This document shows, piece after piece, positions 1 through 12,000 of a DNA stretch of 64,000 bases (positions are counted from its first letter, which is position 1; each line of letters opens with the position of its first letter). Where the stretch lies: NCBI GenBank assembly GCA_002633005.1, contig NMRA01000657.1, positions 142,715 to 206,714 of the forward strand, in the 5' to 3' direction. A model generated the notes under the pieces. It was not told the DNA's origin and ran no database searches. It saw nothing but the letters and a program-made list of their open reading frames with translations. The stretch is from Phoronis australis (taxonomy: Eukaryota; Animalia; Phoronida). A program made the translations under genes and the position numbers.

Positions 1-553
1 ATAGATATCATTTTTGCTCTGCAAGACCAAAAATAAAACTCAAAATTTATCACGTCATGACAGAAACTTTATCACGTAAGGACATAAATCTGTCACTTTA
101 GGACCGAAAATGTTACACGTCATGTCCGAAAATTGATGACGTCAGAAAATGTCCATGCCAGAACACCATGTGACCATTCGCAAGCATATCGAACCCTCAA
201 AATTGATGACCTCGGCTTTAGGTACACAAGGAGTAAACTTTCCAATGTACACCTCGGTACCCTAGATTTGAATACGGTTGAGTATTATAGAGACATAGCA
301 GATAATTGTCAGATAGTGGATGCTCATGTGGTCTCTTGGGATAAAACTTTTCTCTCGTGGCCTAATAAATTTTCTGTACTGGCGTGATAAATTTTCGTTC
401 CTGACGTGTTAAAATTCTGTCCTGATGTGATAAATCATAGGTCCTGGCGGAATAAATTCTGGTTTCGAGTTGTTTTTGGGTTCAGTCTGCAGATATTTTA
501 TTTTTTAATATAAAATGCGTGTCCTATTGAAATGTTCCGATGTGGCGTTCCAT
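1..553. mobile_element. Foldback-type MITE with arms of short tandem subrepeats (left end truncated by window)
   Basis: aaatttatcacgtcatgac-like ~23-bp units at ~40-150 are mirrored by gtcctgatgtgataaat-like units at ~340-460. Confidence 0.55.
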
Positions 554-2929
554 AGTTCCGAGAATAACATTTGTATTAATTTCCTTCATTGACTTCCTGG
601 GTTCACCCTGTGTTGCCTATTATAGAAACCTAAATTGACGTAATCGTGGAGAACGTATTCGAACTTGAGGAGTGGAGCTAAATACCTAGGAACCAATCGT
701 TAAGTAGACAAGTATTTTTAAGTCATCACTGAGTTTTGATTACAGGGAATGACTGTTAACCAACGGAGGAGATTACTATGTGTAATACAAATCTCAAGAA
801 AACAGTAGATTTCCTTGTTCTATAGCTCTAGTCCCCATCCAACAACGATTCCTTTAAAATGCGCCTTTCAGCTGTAAAACAATTATATACCAAGGATACG
901 AGTGAAACAACATCGGCAAGTGTGTGCAGTTTAACCAAACACCTATTCCGAAAGTAGGCAGCCTGTACTCATTGACTGTTGATTTTAACAGGGTCACTTG
1001 AGCATGTCTTCACTGTTAAATTGAGCAGAAATGTGCGTTCAACCTTATCAATAGGAAGGTCAAATTGCATACGTTCTAAATAATCAATAGGAAATCTCAA
1101 AACGATGTTACACTTTTCTGAATCATCCATTTTTTTCGTTAGTTATATCTCCAACTTTAAAAAGATTAATTAGTTCTTAGACGAGACTCAATGATGGAAT
1201 CAATCAGTGCTGTTTTTGTTGTTTTTTATTTCTTTTTGATATTCTTTGTTTACTTTTTGTGGAATTAAACAATCTGTTATGAAGGATTCGATTGTCCCTT
1301 TTTCTGCTTATTTTAATTATATAGTCCGTCATAGCAAGGGTTCTTCTAGGTTGGGCCCGGCAATGGGACGGGGTAGGGGCAACTCCCTCTTTGCTCTATA
1401 AAAATCTGACGCTGACTAGCATATATGCAGCAAGAGCTTAAGTGACCTAAACGGTTCAGCAAAACACCAAAGGGTGCGTTCCTACGACCAAAGACACCCG
1501 AGCGGCACTTGCGGCTAACAGTATTTGGTTATGGTGTGGAAACGGTGAATTCTATGGCATGGTTCAACATTCAAATTACCTAGTTGACCTATCACTTAAG
1601 TGGCCGCCATTTTGCTAAGGTATCGTGTTAAATTTCCGAGCATCCTGAAACTTTCTCCTTTCACTAGCATTATTTCGCGAGGTCCTGGTATTTCGCAAGT
1701 GTTTCGCGTCTACGGAGCGCACCCCGCGTCTTGCGTCACACACACTTAGCCGTATACACTGGTGGATTGTTTTTTTTCTAATCAATATTTTCAATACAAC
1801 AAAGTATGCTTTTCACGGCGCAACAAATACAGTGTTGTTTCATTCTTTTATTTTATATCTAGATATACAAATCAATATACACGGAGTACGACAAAATCTT
1901 GCTTCGTTCCCGCTCAACATGCAGCCTACCAGAAAGTTAATTGGTCCTAACATACATGTATATGCGCGCACTGTAATCGATTGTTTTTCGTATGTGTCAA
2001 AATTGCTCTAAAACTTGAACTGGCGTAGATGTGTCTGTTATTTCGTGAACGTGATGCGGAAAAGACTGCAGGATAGAAGTAGTTTTAACTTTAAGGCATC
2101 TTTACCTTGACGGGAAGTGCACGTGCGCGTGAGTTCAGGTTCCCTTTCCTAACCTCTTACAGTCTAAATGAGTAAATTCGTAAATGAGTCAATCAAGCTC
2201 ATCAAGCTGGAATAAAGTCGTTGACCATTAACGCCAATAGGGTCATCACAGATTACACGGCGATAGGAACGTTTCGTGTCTCTCATCGATGTCAGGAAAG
2301 CAAAGAATTTCAGATCACGCATCTAGGGGGTATTTGTCCAGTTTATAAAAATTTTTCACGTCAGAGTTGCAGCCCACAGCACAGCAGTATTACCTCGTAG
2401 GCATTGGAAGGACGAACAGAGTAATGCAACAGAGGAAAACTTGTAAAGAATCAGACAAAAACTAATAACATGTGAAACTCCAGTGGCACGAAAACAAGGC
2501 AGCAAATCTGCCTGTCGGGTGTTTACGGCATTGTGGGTCAATACGGCTAGATTCGAGAGTCGCTGTGTAATCCGGGACAGCCCTATTGAAAAGCGCCCAC
2601 ACGTGAATGGAAAATTATTGAAAGTGCTGACCAACCCTTTACAAATTGACGGAAATGTTTTTTCTTTTTTTTTTATTTGGCGTCGCCCAGGATGATGGAG
2701 CTAAAATAGTATCTATCAGTGCATGTAAACGTCCGTTATTACGCAGGCTTCCCATGGTTAACTTGAAGCAATTTGTTTGTCTGTTTGTCAATTTTCAATT
2801 AAGGCAGCGAAATACACGTAAACGTTACTTTAAAGCTTTCTGTAAAAATGCTTTAAGTCAGAAAGCACACTGTCCTGCCCACATATGATTTATATGTAGT
2901 TATTGGTGCGATCCTCGTCTGCTGTCTTC

Positions 2930-3048
2930 TCAGCTGCAGATTCCACATGACCTTCGACAGTTGACGTGCATATATGCTGGATTTAGACGACATTGTTGTG
3001 TGCTTCTCCAATAATCACAAAGTCCGTGGTCGTCCTTGCACGCATTGG
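2930..3048 (-). CDS. Astacin exon 11, ShKT domain 3 and stop (absent from the ORF track)
   Basis: tttcag|CC AAT GCG TGC...: NACKDDHGLCDYWRSTQQCRLNPAYMHVNCRRSCGICS*. Confidence 0.9.
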
Positions 3049-6000
3049 CTGAAATGGGAAAAACAACCTCATGTGTATCAATCCAGCTAAAACTCCCTAA
3101 GGTCTAAAGATCCGTTAGCTTATCTCCGATTAGAATCGTGATTGAATAATAAGATAATTCTCATCAGTGTTGTTTTTAATGTTTTCCTGAAGCACTCTGC
3201 AGTTAAAACGATGATTGAGAGGTAAGCCCAGTATCCCGAACCACACTAATCTTTTGAGGTAGGCAATTTAATACGCAACTGCTTCACTTCAACGCTGCTA
3301 TTATCCTAGGTTTATAATACGTGCAAGATATCCGATGATTTTAGTTCAGTTGAAGCACTTTAAATGAAAACTAAACCATAAATTGCGGGCCGATGACGGA
3401 CCTTTTAAGACGTCACGAACAAGTCTCGGTGATGCCAAAGTTGGTAGTATATGTTATTCATTCAAAGTTTTTCATCAAATATTCTTCCACAGATATTTTC
3501 TAACGTCAACATTTCAACCCCTGGCATTGTTGCCCTGTTTCCAAGTTATGCCAAAATATTCCCCAGGCAATGCCTAAATCAACGTAACTAGTGCACTATT
3601 CGTTTTTGTAGCCTCTGCGTCCTCTCCATTCATAGTTGTATTCAAAGGTGACCCTGATTTCCGGGACTGGCCGCGAGAATTTGCTCTGTGAATTTCCAGT
3701 TGTCTGGTTGACTAAGTTTTGACCGAGTGTTGCAGTTATCAAATCAATCCTAATTTCATTGCTTCATTTTCGTTCACTTTAATTTGTCCATAATGGAATC
3801 AATAAAGGAGAATGCCACCCAAAAACAACCTATTTTGTATCAATTTAGATCGAGTAGTTGCACTGGATAACAGCAAGTACAACTCTGTTACCTGACACCT
3901 GACGGCAGACGGGGGTGTTGAAATTAACCAACGACGTCAGAGGTTCGAACGCAGTCTGTTTAGCAGTTCAAAACACACTTACTGGTGTCAGCTTCTTGCT
4001 TGAATTCATCGTTTTACACCAATGAATCATCAAAATTCGATGTAAAATCCTTACAAAAACAAAATTGTTTTATTTCCCTGTTACGGATTTTTAGGTATTT
4101 GAACGTAACGTAGCCTACAGAGCTCGGTAGACCAATTTACCAGGGTCGGTCGCGGGAGTTTGAGGTTTGTTCGGTGATAAATTGGAATTATCCATCCTTG
4201 AAATACTGACAGGAGAACATTCCTGTGTGTTGTAAATTTAGACTTGCGATTTTTTCACTGCTTAACGCATAAAACGCTTGCTGTCCCGGTCAGGGGCTCG
4301 GAACCCGATCAGTCCCATCGCGGCCACACTGAAGGCGTCACGAACATAAACCAGCTAAAGTTGAAAACTAAACTTCCAGCCACGAAAAGACTGTACTGGT
4401 GAGCTTAAGGGATAATGTGCAGGTGATTTTTTTTTAGGAATTAGCCGCGAAATTGCATATTTACTTCCTAGCTCGTCAAGTTACCCTTCCACAGAACCGT
4501 CAGGGCAAAAGTTGCACAGTAACAATGATACGAATAATGTAAATGAATATCTAAATAAACATTCCCCAAACATCTGACAATACAACAGCTTCCTCTCAAC
4601 AAACACTGAAATAGCATGCGCTCAGACGGCCTCGGTGTCCGGTTTATTGCATCTAAAGCCGGTAACGCAGTGATTGTTTCATTGCTGCCTTCTCAAAACA
4701 CTTGCACCCATGAATACTCCAAGGCATTACCACAAGTTGTATGCAATGAGACAGACTTGGTTTCAGTTTTGTATAAGCATTGGTTAGGGTGAGAATAATT
4801 CATTTTGAAACAGAAGGCACAATAATGAACGTCTACGTGGCAACTCATTATTAGACGAGTGCTCATCCGACGAAAACTTCACAGGTCGATCATTAGGTTT
4901 CACAGGCTATCAGTTCGAACCGGATTACACTGATCAAGAAATAATAGGGAGGCTCGTGAACGTGCACAGACAACGGAACATACGGGCAGTTCCGAAAAAC
5001 ATTTCAATGACTTGTCATGGTGTCAGCGAGCTAACTGCACGATAATAGAAACGAGTGACGCTTGCGTTTGATGCCACGAAATTCCGCAAGTGAAACGCCT
5101 TCTTGGAGAAGCGCAGATGTTTCTCACGGACCGTCCTGAATTGCACCGCATCTAAACAGAGGTGTGCTTACGATGTTTTTTAGGGCTGAGAAAAAGAATT
5201 GGCGAAAACGTCTTACACTCAGATGACCAAACAGTAGCCTCACAAACAAGTCAGTCATCAAACAGGTTATATAAAACGTTATGTTCTCACGCCTTGAATT
5301 AATGGTAATTGTTTATGTTTTCATGGTCATTTACAATTCTCCATAATCAAAAACTGATCAACAACAGATCCGGCGAAATGCAGGCCACTGGCAGACACGG
5401 AGAAGTTTCACGGCCTCATACTTGGTATTCGATCTTCACTACCGCGAGCCACTTCCGAAGCATCATGGGCTCTCGAGGAAATCGAAAAAATGAGATACCC
5501 GCTTTCCTCGCAGCTTCATTGTTCACACAAGCGCCAGGCCGTAGCGGCACTCACTCTGTAGAAGAACCACTGACGTCGCTGCGTTGTTTCTCACCTTCCT
5601 CACAGGTTAACGCGACACCTCTCGGTAAGGTAAGATCGACCGTACACGAGGTGATGTGGATATAGACCGATTAAGACGGTAAGAAGACTAATTAAATCGG
5701 GTGGCATTCTCCTTTAAGCGAGACTAGAGGTACGGTTCCTGAAAGCCAGCGATTTCTCTGCAAACTCCTGGCGCTACGTCAAAACGCAAGGGTGAAATGT
5801 TCGCCGCAACACTCAAAAACATTCCGATAGCGTTTTTCGTGTTTTTAGTCAAATGAGAATCTGAGGGGGTCGTAAAAATCGGAATATAGGGCTAAGTCGT
5901 GTGGAAAATCACAATACTATATGATAATGTGTTAATTTCGCCGTGAGTCGAAAGTGGCTCCGAGACTGGAGCTCAAAAGATATCACAAGCCACACCATTG

Positions 6001-9000
6001 CTGGCATCCAGCCTGAGCCACATGTCGGTGCGTATGAGGAATGACCCATGACAAAATGAAAATGAAGCAATCAGATATTTATTTGATAGTTACAGTACGA
6101 CACGCCGTCAAAACGCAATCGAATAAACAATAGAAAATTCACAGCGCAAACTCTCGCGGCTTGAGTACCGCGAAATGTCGGGCGTTCCAAGCTCTTGCAC
6201 AAGAATGCATGGGTGACTTGTGCGTGAGTTGGCGATCCATGTTCTATGCTTATAGTAACTAAACTAATGACACGAATGACAAAGTGAAGTGAACTTGACT
6301 GGTATTGGGAGTTCGTGATAGATCGTGGTGTTGATGTTACCAAAACAAGTTTCCGCATGAGATCCACCACACTTATCCAAAATATCCCCATGAGGACTCT
6401 GTAGTTAGCAACCCATCCCATTGTTCTTCACCTATAGTTACGTTTTAAGAAAATGTGAACGTGTTAGCTAGTTGTTGAAGTTGACAGCTGGTCCTGAACA
6501 TACACTGTATGACATTGGGATTAAGGTCATCAATGCGTCCAATCAACTCTGCCTTACGCTTTCTACCTGATTTTACTAGCCACCGAACTTAACACCAAAA
6601 GCCGAAAAATCGGGTTACTGGTAACCTTGTGAAACGAAAACACCTCTCAACGTTATTGACCTTGTACACGCGCAGCATCGTGTGAGCAAGGAGCACCTGC
6701 TGTTAGAAGGTCACTATGAAATGTCTATGGTGCTGATTAAACTCCTACCGATGTTCGAACAACATTTTATGACGGATTTGTAGAGGTTGTTCGGGAGTCT
6801 TTATTTGTCATCGTACTGGGGATTTGGGATGAAGTGGAACGAAATTGGCAATTGCTGCAGCAAATGTTCACGGCACGAAGCGGAACGCAATGATAGTCAT
6901 TAACGAGAACTTACTGCCACGAGACCCACTGTCCCTGGATGGGTTAGTTCTGGATGAACATCGCCGACAGGACTTCTTGCAATAGGTGAACATGTAGCGA
7001 GGGTTCAACCGACATTGGTTCCGAGACGCCCAGTAACGACAGTGGCGACTTATGTCACGGCAGATTCCTGAAAGCAGATACAAGTCGTTGATAATTTTGT
7101 TGCTCGGTCACAACGTTTCAAGATGTGACATTTGGGGTTTCCTTTCAATATATGTAAAGAAGCAATTGTTTTGCATTTATATATATCATACTCAAAGCTG
7201 CTGCAAAGACTAAAGGCACCGATTTTTAGACAAGAGACACCCGACTATTGTACCTGCGCATCGTAGTGAATAATAAGTGAACTGTGGCAGGTTGCATGAA
7301 ACAGTACCAAATAGGGTCTCAACTAAGTTCCCTTAATCTTTTGCGTGATTGTTTCCTTCTTTACTCACAGATATATTACATATTATATATAGACTTACAA
7401 AGCATTAAAATCCACGACCGTTCACTGAATTACTAACGTGGTTAAATTTTCGCTGGTGCTGTACCCGCTGTAGACTTACAAATAGTATTTATGGTGGGTA
7501 ACGAATATTATTTTAAAATATTCGTCAAGTTGAAATCCATCATTCAGATTTGTCGTAAGCAAGCACACTTTTTGAGAGGTAAATTGCGTACATGTATCTA
7601 CTGCGGGTACATGAATAGCTTTAAAGGAACATACCAAGCATATGTACATGTATCTACTGCAGGTACAAGAATAGCTTAAAACGAGCTTATTACGCACTAT
7701 TTCCACCACCACCGCCACCACCACCACCACCACCNNNNNNNNNNNNNNNNNNNNNNNNCCGCCACTTCCTCCACCACACACCTTGCAGGCAGCGCGACAA
7801 TTCTTCTCCATGTAAGCCTTGTAGCGTTGATTTCTACATTCGCCTTTAGCTTCCCAATAGTCACAGTTTGTGTTGAGGTTCTTGCAGTCTGTGAAAAGGA
7901 AAAGATACTTCATACATCAAGTTCTAGCCGGAAATCGTGTTTAGAACATAATTCTAAAATATCAAGAAAAGAATTCAGTTAAATCGAAGAATAATTTCTA
8001 AGCTAGAAAGATTATTGTCACGGCGTGACAATAATGGACTCTGTGCGTGCGTATTACTGGATTTTTTATGTGAGGCTATTGACAACAACCCGTTTACCAA
8101 TATGAAAAATAATTCTTTAAAACTGTAGGAGGAATTGCATGTGGATTATTTGATGACCTTTGCACTAATTGACCCCTTCCGGTACATTATGAGTCCCGAT
8201 GAGGAAACGAGTGTAAACTCTATGGAAAGTGCGGCTAGTGCTAAGAATTACAGATGTATTACTTTAAGCAATTTAGAATAAGATGAATTAATTGGTCAAA
8301 TTTTCAGAAGAATAATGCACCTGATGACCCTATGGTTGCGCCAATTGACCTGAAACTTTGGAATTCAAACTCAATCACATTTACTAAACGGATATGCAAA
8401 TTCGAAGTCTCTAGCTCAAACTATGACTTTGCACTCAATGACCTTTGACCTATTTTTTCTGATTGGATTAGCCTATTGCTTAGTTAAGTAGGGTGATTGA
8501 TTGGCATATTGGTTTGCACCAGCCTGCTGAAACTGAGAAAAGAATTCCTTGAAAAATGTAGGTGAAATACCAATTTGAACGTTAGGTGACCTTTGCACTA
8601 ATTGACCCTATCCAGTGCATTATAAGCCTCTTTAGGGGAATGATTGCAAAGTCTGTGAAAAGTGTGTTTAATGCAGAGAATCACAGTTGTCTAACTGTTG
8701 ACACATCAGTATACTTGGTGAATGAAAAGGACATGACCCCCATGGTTGCACTAAATGACCTGAAACTTTGGATTTCGAATTGAATTACATGTACCGATTA
8801 GACACGTGAATTTGAAGTGTCTAGCTCAAAATTTTAGTTTGCACCTAATGACCTTTGACCTGTTTTATCTGATTGGACGACTCGATTACTTAGAAAAGTA
8901 TTCTTTTCAAATTGTCATATGGACTTATACTTGTGCACTGAATTTGAAAAAGATACCTTTAAAACTGAAGGAGTAGCATTTTGAAAATTGCACGACCTTT

Positions 9001-12000
9001 GCACCAAACGACCCTTTGACCTATTTTTTCTGTTTGGATTGGCCTATTGTTTAGTAAAGTAGGGTGATTTAAGTACAAGCTGATTGAAAAAGTCTTAAAT
9101 AACAAAAAACTGCACTTAATGACCCTTAAAATTGCACCTAGTGACCCCAAAATTTGTGACTGAAATTCCTTTGTGAATGGTAATCATACATGTATGCACG
9201 ATGATAAAAGGTCTAGCTCAAAAATCACATTTGCACTTAATGACCTTTGACCCGGAAATTCGTTTCCATTGATCCTATTGGAAATCAAGTAAATTTCTGA
9301 TATAATTCCCTAGTGCCTACTTGTTAACAAAATTCGAAGAGTCTATCTAAAAACCTGTAGAAGAGGAAGCATTTTGATGAAATGCACTCCTTGACCCGTT
9401 TAGGGTCATTCCGGTACATTTTGTGTCAACAAATTATGATTAATAAAAACCTCTTGATCATCCTATCAAGGATTCTGAATATGATTGTTGTTAATTAATG
9501 GATGTAAAAGAAATAACAATCTGAGAAGGAAGGAAGAATAAGAAGAATAAGAAAAATAAGAATAATAAGAATAAGAATAAGAAGATAAATACGTAGAACA
9601 GTAAAACTCTGCGCTTGCACGCGCAGAGTAATAAGAAGATAAAATATACGTAGAACAGCAAAACTTTGCGCTTGCACGCGCAGACTAATAAGAATAAGAA
9701 GATAAGATACGTACAACAGCAAAACTCTGCGCTTGCACGCGCAGAGTAATAAAATTGAAGAAAATCCAGGAACAACAGTTCTCTACGTTTTCAGGCGCAG
9801 AGTAATTATTGTTATACCACAATATTAGCGTCAAATGGCAGATACAACCGTGTAATAACCCATAAAGTTATCTCACTAGTGAGATAATGATTTGGCGGGA
9901 AACCGAAGACGGGGTCGAACCCGGGACCCTAATATTGCTGGTCGCCGACTTTACCACTACACCACGAAGCGACTGACGTCATCAAGAGTGAAAATAGAAT
10001 ACTTAAATGAGCACGCGCAATAATCGCACGTTCAACAAACCGTACTTACACGCTATGAAAAATAAGACACATAATTTCCATAAAAATGATATCTTAATTC
10101 CGTGAAATTTTTCTCTCATGTCCTTTTACTTGTAAATCACCGATATCTAGTTTGAATGCGGGTATCGTGTCGTCAGGATCTTTGACTTGAGAATTATATT
10201 CAGTTACCAGTGGTAACCTACTTTAGCAGACGATAATTTCTCAGTCGAAGCTTAGCGTGAAAAAAACGAGTTTTAGCTATAATAGTTGGTAAACCTTAAT
10301 TTATAAATTCAATTTATTTCTATAATATTTAAGTTTTCAATTGGTTTTGAATAAAAGTAATATTTGACAAAAATAACCGGGCTTTTCTTAAAAGGTCACG
10401 ACCTCCGACCCCGGGCCTCTGACATAGAAAGTAGTTACAAAGCCGTGGAGAGTAAGAAAAGGTAAATCCATTCATCGAAATGTTTCTCGTTTAGTATGTG
10501 GTATAAATAGATTATTACATGTTCTCAGCCGTTATCCCCCTTATCTAGAGCCCTCGAGGATTTTGGAGAATTATCACCCTCGGGGCTAAATTCTCCAAAA
10601 TCCACTCGGGCTCTAGATAACGGGGGATAACGACTTCGCCATGTAATAATCTATATTTATCGCATCTTCGCAACCCTGCGATCTCTCCTCAGTCGTCTTT
10701 TTAGGATTGAAAAATTATTTCATGTCGCCGAGCCCGTTACTTTCTACTTCGACTAATAATGTCAGTGAAAACCTAGCTGTGTTGATTGTATATTACTTGA
10801 ACATGCATTTCAAGGAATGCATGGTTATTCTAATTGAGATTTGCTGACTGTGACCATAAATCAGGGGTCCAGAAATAACAACCACCGAAAAAGTGTGGTC
10901 ATTCGCCACACCCGCACACAAAACAAAATGGGAATCAGTTATTTGTACCAAAGTGGGAGATTTAACCTATGGCTGCGGGCGAATTTCTTGCGTGATCACC
11001 CAAATCTTCGTGACATATTACGAAGTCGCACTACAAGGGAATCACTTGATTTCACAGGCATTCAATTAAGAGTATTTTCTGTTACGTAACGGACGTTTGT
11101 TATAGTCAACCCCCCGGAGTCATTGGCACGGTAAAGCTAAAGTTAGTTCTATGGGTCGTATTTTAAGCAAGATGTCTTGCTGTGGAGGTGAAGGATTCGG
11201 TGACTTGTTACTGATTCTGAAACAAGATGGGATCAATTCTGAGGTACAATACTCACCCTCACCGCCACCACCGCCGCCGCCGCCGCCACCACCACCTCCT
11301 CCGCCGCCACCACCGCCCCCACCACCACCACCGCTACACTCTTTCACGGGGTAGCCTGGGCAATAACATTTACAGTCTTTGCCAACAAATCCCTCGCCAG
11401 GGCATCTTTTACTGGCACATCGTCCTGTAAAATCATGTTTTACTTACATACACTGTATGTGTAGCAATTAGTGAGAGTACGGGCCCCATTCCCGGAGAAC
11501 GTCTTCCTTTAGGATTAGGGATACATCTGGACTTCCAAATCTGGGGCGCAATTTGCAAGGCCAGAATAAAAAATGTGACCCATGTTTATACAAAAAGCAT
11601 GTATATACATGTTTTAAGAAAATCTTTAAAGCACGGCCCATATTTAAATCTTTCGAGAATGTATTATGTCTAGCAAGTTTTTAAGATCACATCAGTATTC
11701 ACACTGTGCAGAGTATCATCAAAATGGGAAACACAATTAAGTCGTGACGTGGTGTGACAAATTTAATCCAGATCAGGATTGTAATCAATGATTTGTTCAA
11801 AAGGAGTTTTATTCGATTGGAAGTGGCTTTTCAATAACCCGTGTAAATTCAAAACATTTGACAGAGAATGTCTTTGTTTAGGCATCTGTAAAAACAATGC
11901 GGTAAACACCACTGCAGTTTACAGAAGCATAAATAAAGAATAAAAAACAAAACATCAAATTTTGAAAACAATTCAATGATACATTGGAACTGTCGAACGA

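Larger units (their letters stand above)
3806..5713 (+). mobile_element. Kolobok-type DNA transposon, internally deleted, copy 1
   Basis: TIR AGGAGAATGCCACCC...GGGTGGCATTCTCCT, flanked by ATAA/TTAA; convergent decayed ORFs (Cys-rich P2X7-C-terminal-like on +, THAP-like on -); second copy at 44604-46284. Confidence 0.8.

Noticed and set aside
3388-3430. Hammerhead-like string (CCGATGA..GAACA)
   Set aside because: Core residues and stems do not fit
6868-6914. Read-through hydrophobic tail (SKFSLMTIIAFRFVP*) as the true C-terminus or a GPI signal
   Set aside because: A strong GTAAGT donor and a phase-compatible downstream ShKT exon with a stop explain it better; intron retention cannot be excluded but is unsupported
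9491-9775. Hydrophobic repeat ORFs resembling membrane peptides
   Set aside because: Translation of the TTC/TTA microsatellite and tandem Helentron heads
9585-9808. Hairpin repeats separated by short spacers, CRISPR-like at first sight
   Set aside because: Spacers are related microsatellite sequence, there are no cas genes, the context is a eukaryotic intron, and the unit is a Helentron terminus
9902-9970. Functional tRNA gene (also ~21190-21280, ~52413-52482, ~56585-56645)
   Set aside because: Only A/B-box traces; no complete cloverleaf or acceptor stem
11151-11430. Poly-Pro and His/Arg-rich plus-strand ORFs
   Set aside because: Antisense shadows of the poly-Gly astacin exon
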